From the NCBI RefSeq assembly GCF_018977255.1, contig NW_024704743.1, positions 75,580,001 to 75,644,000 of the forward strand: 64,000 nucleotides of DNA. The letters run 5' to 3'. This stretch comes from Callorhinchus milii (lineage: Eukaryota). The notes under the pieces were generated by a model. The model saw only the letters and a list, made by a program, of their open reading frames with translations. It did no database searches and had not been told where the DNA came from. Position 1 is the stretch's first letter, and each line of letters opens with the position of its first letter. A program made the translations under genes and the position numbers. This document shows positions 53,843 to 64,000 of this stretch, piece by piece.

Positions 53843-54127
53843 TACTGCGACTCATTACTAGTTAACGTACTGCAACACATTACTTGTTAAGATGCTATGA
53901 CTTATTGCTAGTTAAGATCTTGTTACTAATTAAGACACTATGACTCGTTGCTAATTAAAATTCTCCAATACATTACTAATTAAGACACTGTGAGTTATTT
54001 CTGGTTAAGAACCTGCAACTCACTACTAGTCATGATACTATACCTTTTTGCTAGTTAAGACAGTGCGACTCATTACTAGAGACTCTATGACTCATTGCCA
54101 GTTAATACTCTGTGACTCATTTCTAAT
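53843..54127 (+). repeat. Degenerate 25-bp minisatellite, about 11-12 units, consensus near GACTCATTACTAGTTAAGACACTGT
   Basis: Periodicity read directly; an inverted copy lies at ~55015-55140. Confidence 0.85.
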
Positions 54128-54188
54128 ACGTTGCTTCGACAGGGGTTAGGTTTGTTCTCCAGTGTTTCACTCTGGTAAAGGAAACATA

Positions 54189-54605
54189 TAATAATAATAA
54201 TCCTTGTATTATTTGATATTATCACGTCTTTGAGACGTCTCAAAGTGCTTCACAGAATATACTGTAAAGTGAATTGACTGTATATTTTGTGGGTGAAATG
54301 CGGAAACAACAACAAAATTACAATTGTAAAGCGCCTTTCACGTCAGGAGGACACCCAAAGACGCTGAAAGGCAGACAATTGCACACAGCAGTGTCCCATA
54401 AACAGTTGTGAATTGAGTATTCAATTTTTTTTAAAGGAATTATTACCCCCAGAAAAGCAATCTGCCAACTGAGTTCCTACTTCCTGCAAGGTAAACAGAG
54501 GCGTGTGGAGTAATGTAACTTGCCCAACATTTTGCCCTGCCAGGAATCAAACCCAGGTCTCTCACTTACGAGGCAAATGCTCTAATAACTGAGCTACAGG
54601 ACTCC
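54189..54605 (-). mobile_element. tRNA-derived SINE, long form, with an L2 tail inserted at about 54305-54368
   Basis: Family similarity is interrupted by AACAAC...GCGCCTTTCACGTCAGGAGGAC. Confidence 0.88.
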
Positions 54606-55229
54606 ACATATGAAAGGGGGAATGGGAAAAAGGCAGGGAATATGACAAAACAGATTTTTCAGAGAGCCAGCACAGATGTGATGGGTAAAATGGTCTCCTG
54701 TGCTGAAAAATGTTATGATTCTAAGATGCGGTGTACCTAGAAAGACATCAAGATCTGAGGTCAGAAAGTGGCAGTAGCTGAGTTTCAGGACTAAAAAGTT
54801 CACAAAGTATAGAAGCGTTATGGCTTTTAATATCAGTATAACACATGTACTGTAGGTCGGGACAGATTCTCAGCACTCTGTCTCATCAGCAATGTAACAA
54901 TATATATCTTAAAAGGCTTAAGTGGTTTTGACAGATTTTTTTACCAATAACTAACTAACTGCTACATTTGTTACCTATTGAAAAAGACAAGTTATAAAAA
55001 GTAATAAAAGTATTACTTAACTAGAAATAAGTCACAGTGTCCTAACTAGTAATGAGTCTTAATTATAATCATAGTGAATCATAGTGTCTTAATTAGTAAC
55101 AGGATCTTAACCATCAATAAAAAGTAATAAACATCCTAACTCTACTTAATCGAAATACAATTTTATTTTTTTACAATTTCAGTAACCCCAACAGCCGATA
55201 ATCTTATATCTTGAGGACTGATTTCCTTG

Positions 55230-55590
55230 ATAATAATAATAATAATCCTTGCATTCGATATAGCTTCATATCACATCATTGAGATGTCTCAAAGTGCTTC
55301 ACAGATTCTATTGTAAAGTGGATTGACTGTATTTTGCAGGCAAAACGTTGAAGCCAATTATGCACAGCAGTATTCCACAAACAGCCGTAGATTGAGTGAC
55401 CAATTTTGTTTTTGGAGGGATTATTACCCCTGGAAAGTAATCTGCCAATTGACTAAAAACCGGGTACCTACTTTCTGCTAAGTAAACAGAAGCAGAGCAA
55501 GGAAACTTGCCTAAGGTTTTAGCCCTTCCGGGAATCAAACTCGGGTATTCTCACTTGAAAAGGCGAGCTCTCTAACCACTATGCTATGGG
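55230..55590 (-). mobile_element. tRNA-derived SINE, long form
   Basis: Family similarity along its length. Confidence 0.88.
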
Positions 55591-56311
55591 ATAATAATAT
55601 TTACGTTTGGTATAGCGGCTTTCACATCAGGAGGACATCTCAAAACATTCACAAAATATACTGTAAAATGTATGTAATTTGTTGGTGAAAGTGACAATCA
55701 ATTTGCAATGCCCCTTGGGGCAAGGGCTGGAACATAGGCAGGGACAGAGGACAGGGCTGAGATAAAGACTAGGCTCAGCTCAGATGAAAGCTGGGATATG
55801 AGCGACAGGATAGAGACCAGGCTATCTTGGACTGGGAGAATAGGTCAAGATGGAGCAGGAGCTGGAACTAAGACCAGGACATGGTCTCAGATGGGAAATG
55901 ATGATTAACTTGTGGGTGACTGAATTTCACAGCACCTGGCACCACAAAACCACAATGAAATACTGGGATGGAACCACATTTGTAATGGGTTGGGAAGGAC
56001 AGAGAGAAAAGAGGAACTGGATCAGTCAGCCTGAAGAGGACCTCACTGAACTATTCCGTTTTTTTCCAATACAGATTACATGAGTGTGAGTGTAATATTG
56101 TTCACAGCTGCTTATCCTGTAGTATTTACACTGACAATAATGTTTAGTTACAGTTTGTGTGGTTAGAAAATAACAACAACTTGCATCTATATAGTGCCCT
56201 TCATGCAGGGTAGGGTGCCAGAGCACTTACACTAGCGAAGGGTTGCTACACTGTGTGAAAGAGTTGACCGTCTACCTATTACTTTATCCACAGGAATAAA
56301 AGCAAATCGAC

Positions 56312-56390
56312 ATGTCGTCAGAGTGCGTGCCTTCACCTGACGTACAAGATGACAGGCTGGACAACAGCGAGCAGCTATGCAAGCACTTAG
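56312..56390 (+). CDS. PPP1R17: PPP1R17 (G-substrate) first coding exon (exon 56294-56390): MSSECVPSPDVQDDRLDNSEQLCKHL
   Basis: Acceptor tttatccacag, donor TTAG|gtaact, phase 1. MS.E.......DRLD.....C.HL resembles the G-substrate N-terminus. Too short for the ORF track. Confidence 0.9.
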
Positions 56391-56968
56391 GTAACTAATC
56401 TGGTGTGATGTCCGCAGAGACAGTTCATTACACCAATGGAAAGAGATTTCATCAGCCAGACTGAAAAAGTGCAATATGTTCCCCTGAAATATGATAAGAG
56501 TTTGCTTCAGGGCAGAGCACTGGCCAATGGTGCCAGATGGAGGCACAGATGGAAGGTGCACTCCTGAATCTCCACAGTTCACAGATGGGAAGCCATTTCC
56601 TTAAAGATGCCATGACTTACAAGAATCATTCGATGTGGCACAAATGATTTTTATATAGCAACTATTGGGATCAATAGTGCAATATTCTTAAACTATTCCC
56701 CCATTCTTTACGTATTGCTAGTGATAATGCTACAGAAGTTGTGGTTACAAATGTGTGTTTAATCTTGTCTTTAGGACCAGGCACCCTCTGACTTCAGGGA
56801 AATGATATTTCTCTCTGGCTTCTTATAGTGAATTTGGCTGCCATTTTCTTTTTAAATAATTTTTAGCGAGAGATGTATTTCTTGGATTCTTAGCCACGAA
56901 AACAACATTCTAATTTCAACTTTTTTTTTTACTTTTCAAGTTGTATTTATGTGTGGGGAAAAAAACAT

Positions 56969-56970
<2 letters not shown>

Positions 56971-57003
<33 letters not shown>

Positions 57004-57307
57004 CCTTGCATTTGATATAGCGCTTTTCACGTCGGGAGGACGTCCCAAAGCGCTTCACAGAACACACTGTAAAGTGAATTGACTGTATATTTGTGGACGA
57101 ACGCGGCAGCCAATTGCGCACAGCAATGTCCCACAAACAGTCGTAGATTGAAAATGACCAATTTAATTATTGTTTTTGGTTTTTTGGAGGGATTATTATT
57201 AGGCGTGTGGAGTAAGGAAACTTGCCCAAGGTTTCTCCCTGCCTGGAATTGAACTCAGGTCTCTCACTTGCAAAGCGAGTGCTTTAACCACTGAGCTACA
57301 GGACTCC
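56971..57307 (-). mobile_element. Young full-length SINE (short form) with a target-site duplication
   Basis: Near-identical to 11935-12262; CATGTAA at both 56966-56972 and 57307-57313; long pure (AAT)n tail. Confidence 0.95.
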
Positions 57308-60159
57308 ATGTAAGGCCCAATTAAACCCTTTCCTAATCCTCACTAAAATGTTACATGAAACAATGCCACTAAACTGACCATAAAGCCAGAGGGAGAAACC
57401 ATTCATTCAAATTCAAGGGATATTCAGTCCAAACAAATGATTAAAGACAGTTTTCCATCAATAATTATCCTCAACATTAATTAAGGAATTATTTTTTGGG
57501 GAATAATGCAATTTTGAACCCTATATTATTATTAATAATCATCCTTGTATTTGATATAGAGCCTTTCACGTCCAGAGGACATTTCAGTGCGCTTCACAGG
57601 ATTTATTGTAAGATGCATTGACTGTAGGAGAAGACAACAACCAATTTGTGCACAGCAATTTCTCACAAACATCCATGAAGTTAATGATCAGTCTTATTTG
57701 GGAGATTGTTGGCAGGACACTGGGAGAAACTCTCTTCTCTTTTTGAATAGTAACACAGCACCTCTAATGTCTATCTGAACAGGCAGACAGGACTTCATTT
57801 TAAGATGTCATAATATTAAATTTATAGCCTACACCTGTACAGCGTGGGAAGCTAAAAGTTCTGTCGATTTGCTCTGTTGTCTGTGTACAATGCAAATCGG
57901 ATAGTTTTGGCATCTAATATGCCCTCTTGTGGAATCACTATAGCAAGGCCACTGGTAAAAGCACCCATGATATTAACAGAAGTTATCTCCTGGCAATCCC
58001 CTGTATGTCACACAATCATTAGCCTTTATTCACGGGATCTCATCGGAACTGAAATGTCAGTTGGGAGAACTTCCGTCTGAATCAGAAGATAGTGGGTTCA
58101 AGCCTACATTACGATTTGAACTCATAAACAGGTTGTCACTCAGTAATAATAATAATATAATCCTTGCATTTAATATAGCACCTTATCATTTCATTTTATT
58201 GTCTCAAAGCGTTTCCTAGGATATACTGTAAAATAGATTGACCGTATACTTTGTGGGCAAAGCTCAATGTTATAGTGGGAGATTTCTGCATAGTTGGATG
58301 AGAAGTTAAGCAAAGGTCCTTTACTTCTTTAGGGATTGTTAAAGATTCCATGGCAGTATTCAAAACAAGTTTCTCCACGTTTGCGAGCTAACAGTTATCC
58401 AGATTAATTGGTCATTCACTGCATGGCTGTTTATCGGACCTTGCTGGTACATATTGTTTCTGTATTTGCTTAAAGAAAACGATGACTGCCCTTGACCATA
58501 ATTATCTGTGAGAAGCTTTGATGGGATAAGGCATACAAATTAAATGTATTTGTGATGTTTCTAAGATGTTTTTAAGGTGGCAAAATATAGACTTGACCAA
58601 CTAGAAATATCGTAGGACATGGCAAGCTGTCTTTATAATGCTGGAGAAGATTTTGATTTATTTAGCTTTTAAGCAGTTATAAGGTGTGCAACTTCCATAC
58701 AGATACTTAAACATGGTGTAAATCTCCCTTATGATATATACCACATTATTCCCTGTATAGTTTATCCTCAAGTATAAGTTGCAGTCCATTGTTTGGGTCA
58801 AAATTACTAAAACAAATGTGCATTACACACAGAACCTGTACACAGGAGTCTGTATATGAGAACCTATAGACAGATGGTACCTTTGCATGTAATATTTTCA
58901 CAGGAGCTTAAACACAGAGCCTATAGATAGCAGCTTTTACACAGTAGTCTATACACTTGCACAGGAGAATTTCCACAAATGTATCACTGCCTATAGACAG
59001 GTGCCTATTCATGAGAGCACCCCCCAGAAGCACACACACAAATCACACACACATTATAAGATGCTTGATTTAATGAACAATTCATTCACTGCCTATCTGC
59101 CTGCAGCAACGTGCTCAAATAGGAAGTAGGAAAGAGAAATGACAATCCCAGAAAGATTGAAAGAGAATTGGAGAAAAAAGTGAGTGGCAAATAGAAAGTT
59201 ACTGGAGAGGAGCAGAGTTTATATACAGAATATACATGAGAATATTTACAGTATCCACACCTACCAATAGGTGGGAGTCAATACATGGGACCATGTAATA
59301 TCTCACACTTCACTATGTTAAACTCCATTTGCCATAATTCTGCACATTCACTTCATGTGTTTATATCCCTTCACAATTTGATGACACGCCTCAACCTATT
59401 TTAACTTGGAAGTATTCCCCTTTATTCCTGCATCCAGTTTATTTATATTTAAAGTGAAAAGCTAGGCTTCGTGCACTGATCCATAGTTCTGTCTCAGCAC
59501 TGGGTTGATTTTGACAGAAAAGAGACAAAACCCAGTAAAAGAATACTTGAATATGTGGTTCAAGGGGTGAGACCTTCTAACCTATCCATTTACCAATTTG
59601 GTTTAGCAATGCTGCTGCTTACTGATCTTCACTGTGTGGAGGGTGACTTCTCTTATTAAACCCCATAAAGTACTGGCCACCGCAGATGTGTCTGATCTCA
59701 CCTATTAGGTTCTTCCTGCTCTGCCCCAGGAAGCTGTGGAGGAGGAGTCAGAAGGATGTTTGAAAGATAGACAGACAGCTACTTGGGTAATAGAGATAAT
59801 AACGGGAATGGGGAAAGGGGAGACCAATGGGATTAAAATATCTGCCAAGATCTAATAAACTGATGGAACAGCCCAATAGATTCAATGGCTTCCTCCTATT
59901 CCTGTTTCCTATGTTCTTATCATTGTCAGGGATCAAGAAGAATTCGTCTGCGGTTTTGTTGCAGAATTAATCCCATTCCCCAGCCTATAGATATCCCAGT
60001 CTCGGAATAGTACCTGGCGTCAATCACCTTCTGAGAGCTCTCTGCTACCTGTATCAGGTTTTATTTTCTTGTTCACATTACACTTATCAGACTCAAAATT
60101 CCTCTTCTTATTCCTTAATCTCCCCCCCACCCCACCCCCCAACACACACACATGGATTT

Positions 60160-60605
60160 CATAGAATCATAGAATATTACAGCACAGTGTATCATAGAAT
60201 ATCACGCCTGTGCCGACTCTTTGGAAGATCTACCCGATCAGTCCCACTCCCGTGCTCTTTCCCCATAACCCGTCAAATTTTTCCTTTCCAAGTACCTATT
60301 TAATACCCTTTTGAAAGTTGTTGGTGAATCTGGTTCCACCAGCCTTTCAGGCCATGCATTCCAGACCGAAACTCTCTGTATAAAAAAAATTCTCCTCATC
60401 TCTGGTTCTTTTGCCAATTACTTTAAATCTATGTGCCCTGGTTACTAACCCACTGGCTAGTGGAAACAGTTTCTCCCTATCGACTGTAACAAAACCCCTC
60501 ATAATTTTGAACACCTCTACTAAATCTCCCCTTAGCCTTCTCTGCTCTAAGGAGAGCAATCCCATCTTCTCTAGTTGCTCCACATAACTGAAGTTCATCA
60601 TCCCT
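60160..60605 (-). mobile_element. CR1 LINE 3' end
   Basis: LGLLSLEQRRLRGDL-type CR1 C-terminal motif (MGLLSLEQRRLRGDLVEVFKIMRG) and (ATTCTATG)n-type tail. Confidence 0.9.
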
Positions 60606-62487
60606 GCTTTTTTCTATTTCTATTAACTTACTGAATTGTACAGTGGTAAGTGCTGAGGAACTCTGAGCAGAAATAATAAACCTGGTCGTTTGGGCTGTGT
60701 GCTGAGATACAATCTGACAGCCGTTGCTTGATTTAACGCACAATTCATTCACTGCCTGTATGCCTGTAGCGACTTGCTCAAATAGGAAGTTGGAAAGAGA
60801 AATGACAATCCCAGAAAGTGAAATTAGAGAAAGGAAAAAGAGTGGCAAACAGAGTGTGACTGGAAATGAGCAGAGAGATAGCAAAGAAACTGGCAGCTAT
60901 GCTAACATTGTAACATCTTACTGTGAAATTATTAGAAACTATGCATCTAATAATAGAGTGCAATTATGGGGTATTTTTTAAATCCATTCCTTGTGCTAAT
61001 ATAATTAACGCAAGGAATGGATGTTAACAAAGATCCAAAATTTGCTCCTTTGTTTGCAAGTTTTTCTTTAATAACACTCACCTTCTGTGATCAGCCTGCT
61101 GCCCATAGACTCTGCCTACACACAGTCTAATTAGCAGCTGCATCCAGGAATACATATGGTGTAAAAAACTGACTTTATATAGTAGGTTTCCTGTGTGCAA
61201 GGATATAACATTTTAAGATCACAAGATTAATTTCAATGAAGAACGCCCTTCAGTCCATCTGACCTCATAATAATCTCTTCAAAAAATGTCGTCACTCAAT
61301 TTGCCACTGTTTGTGGGACACTGCTGTGCGCAATTGGCTGCCGAGTTTTCCCACAAAATATACAGTCAATTCACTTTGCAGTATATTCCGTGAAGCGCTT
61401 TGAGATGTCTCGAAGCGTGATAAGGCACTATATCAAATTCAAAGATTATTATTATTATTATTCCTCACTAGAATACCCACCCTACTGTCTCCCCATCATA
61501 GCATCAAGCTGCTTTTTAAATGAGTCCAGTGTCCTGGCCTCAACCACCATTCCTGTCAACTTGTTTCAGTCATTAATTGCCTGAAACAAATAAATACTTT
61601 CCTTGGTAAATGAATACTTTCTGGTGTCTGCTAAGGTTGCCACCTGGTCAGTTTTTTATAGGCTTGCCAGTTGCCAGCGAAATAATGAATGTGCCGGGAT
61701 GTGTGCATGTGAGTGTGTGAGAGAGAAACGTGTCTGGGAGGAAGCAGGTGAGGTGAGAGCGCAGTCACAGGGTGGGGCTGTAACATGGGACGTGAGGCTG
61801 GGAAAGAACACAGCAACACCTATGAGAGGCTTTGTGGTGGGAAGGTCTTCAGAGAAGCCAATGAAAGGTAAGTTATTGTTTGAGATTTTCTCACCTCCCC
61901 ATTTAATCCCTATTTAGGGGTTCTTTCTTCTTTGAATGTGTAAGTAATTACGTTATTACCTGCTCCCACCAACAATCATGCACTATGAAATTCATGTGTT
62001 GTGATCAAAAGTTTCAATCAAGCGAGTTGTTTCATTTTGTACTGTAGTGCTCAAGGAAATAAGTTGGAAAGTCCTGAAAGGGGAGGTGTTACGTGGCAGC
62101 AATGGCGTTCAGTGAATTGTGTCCGAATGACTGCGATGGGTTCAGTGAGGAGGTATTTTTTGAGTCAACGGACATTTATTTTGCCCTTTGTCAAACTCCA
62201 TATAGCTCTCACCAGATATCACATTCACCCCCTTTCTAGTAGGGGAATAACAATCAAAAACTGAAATCTTGTCTTATTTTATTCCCCTCCTTAGACTGAC
62301 GTTAGGTAACTCAATACAGACCAGGGGTCTCTCCTTGGACCTTATGCTATAATAGCTTGAAAAACTATTTTGTCTTAAAACTAAAGATCATGACGATTTG
62401 TGGAACATTTGTTTTAATTCAGTCTTAATTTAGAAACCAATTTTCAGCAGCTCTTAATTAGAGCAATTGAAGATTGGATTGGATTGT

Positions 62488-62806
62488 GGAGTCCTGCAGC
62501 TCAGTGGTTAGAGCACTCGCTTTGCAAGCGAGACACCTGAATTCAATTCCAGGCAGGGCAAAACCTTGGGCAAGTTTCCTTACTCCACACACATAATAAT
62601 AATCCCTCCAAAACTAAAAACAATAATAAATTGGTTAGTTTCAATCTACGACTGTTTGTGGGACATTACTGTGCGCAATTGGCTTCCGCGTTCACCCACA
62701 AATATACAGTCAATTCACTTTACAGTGTGTTCTGTGAAGCACTTTGGGACGTCCTCCCGATGTGAAAAGCGCTATATCAAATGCAAGGATTATTATTATT
62801 ATTATT
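62488..62806 (+). mobile_element. Young full-length SINE (short form)
   Basis: tRNA-like head, core and tail all present. Confidence 0.93.
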
Positions 62807-63207
62807 AAGACTTTTTCACAATTATCGTGATCTTGAATTTGAAGACAATATTATCTTATGGGCTTAGACTAGGTGCAATTCAGGTTTGCTCTGCGCTGTG
62901 CTCAGTAATGCTCACTATGAACCAGAACCTCTGCTGCTGGGATGATCTCCTTTCTGTCGAGTTGATTAGAATCAGGCCATGAATTTGTACTCATACTATA
63001 GAGCTCCCACTGGAGATTGATTATATTGAATTTTCCCAACAGGATCATTGATTTGCCACTGTCTGATTTGCCCTTGTCTCTGTTTGGACCCTTGGTGCCT
63101 GACCAGCATTGCCACCTTTGCTGTTGTCCAGGAGAACAATTGTTTTTCAGTGCCCACGGTTCCAGTGGTTAACATAAATGTAACTTTACATATTCCTTTT
63201 CTGCCAG

Positions 63208-63354
63208 ATGATCTTTCAAACCTCTCAGATCAGCTTATACAAACCTGTGAGATCAACGAAGAGAATGAGAAGGAAAAGAAAGACCCTGAGCCGGAGTACA
63301 AAAAGCCAAGAAGAAAGGACACCCCAGTTCAGCATGTACCTCCTTTGATCCCAG
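63208..63354 (+). CDS. PPP1R17: PPP1R17 second coding exon: (D)DLSNLSDQLIQTCEINEENEKEKKDPEPEYKKPRRKDTPVQHVPPLIP(G)
   Basis: 147 nt, cttttctgccag| ... CAG|gtatag, phase 1 to 1, in frame with the previous exon. KKPRRKDTP is the G-substrate PKG phosphorylation motif. Confidence 0.95.
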
Positions 63355-63504
63355 GTATAGTGGCAGTTTGGTAACAGGGGGCTTGTTTTATTCAAGAGTT
63401 CTTTCAATTTTATAATAATAATAACAATCTTTACATTTTGATAAAGTACCTTAAAACATCTCAAAGTGCTTTACTGAATTTTACTGTGAAGTGCAGTGAC
63501 TGTG

Positions 63505-64000
63505 ACTGGAAGAAGTTACCCCCACAATCCCTAACCGCTGCCTTGGAGTCCTCTGAACTCCTCTCCCTCTGGCCTTCAACCCTTACTGACCCCTCTTCTC
63601 CTCTCACCCTCCTCCACAACACCCTCTCCTCCACACTCGACACTCTTGCCCCCATCACCTCCCGTACTGTCTCCTACTCTCGCTTCTCCCTCTGGTTCAC
63701 CACCCACCTCCGCTCACTGAAGAGCCAGGTGCGGGCCGCTGAAGGCACCTGCATCAAATCTGGCCTAACGGTCCACCGACAAATCTGGCTGGACCTCCTC
63801 AAAATCTACCGCTCCACTCTAGCTTCGGTCAAGTCGTCCTTCTACTCCAGGATAATCCTGGAGGTGAAGAACAACCCCAGGCTACTGTTTTCTACCACAT
63901 CCCGACTCCTCCATCCCCCCCGCCACCCCGCGCAGGTCATCTCCTCCAACCTTCACTGCGAGGAGATGCTGGATTTCCTTGAATCCAAAATCAAGGGAAT
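63505..64000 (+). mobile_element. L2 LINE fragment running off the right edge
   Basis: Homologous to roughly 21700-22170 (linker region between endonuclease and RT). Confidence 0.85.

Noticed and set aside
53843..54127. Regularly spaced repeats resembling a CRISPR array
   Set aside because: Contiguous degenerate tandem units, no unique spacers, vertebrate context, no cas genes.
56232..56582. 116-aa minus-strand ORF
   Set aside because: Antisense to the real PPP1R17 exon at 56294-56390.
62488..62560. tRNA-like sequences with A and B boxes
   Set aside because: They run directly into SINE body and tail with no oligo-T terminator; these are SINE heads, not tRNA genes.
63048..63207. N-terminal part of the 108-aa ORF 63048-63374
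   Set aside because: Intronic read-through; homology and the splice acceptor begin at 63208.

Overview
Vertebrate genomic DNA rich in repeats. The tRNA/Deu-type SINEs with (ATT)n tails and C-rich L2 LINEs suggest a cartilaginous fish, probably a chimaera such as Callorhinchus (inferred, not verified). Two genes can be rebuilt by splicing. (1) ITPRID1/CCDC129 on the minus strand: nine coding exons from ATG 17323 down to 5460, including the KRAP IP3R-binding domain, probably continuing past the left edge. All junctions are GT-AG and in phase except for a 1-nt frameshift near the end of exon 6323-6830. (2) PPP1R17 (G-substrate) on the plus strand: coding exons 56312-56390 and 63208-63354 (KKPRRKDTP motif) and a probable non-coding first exon near 53.2 kb. 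The genes lie head-to-head, unlike the tandem order I recall for human. The ~36 kb between them holds several exon-like minus-strand segments with premature stops, possibly a decayed gene. The rest is L2, CR1 and SINE copies, a MITE, a Penelope-like insertion with hammerhead-ribozyme relics, and minisatellites. No prokaryotic-type system (CRISPR, operon) is present, and I cannot confirm a new biological system; the findings are candidates. Human homologue comparisons are from memory, and most repeat boundaries are approximate.
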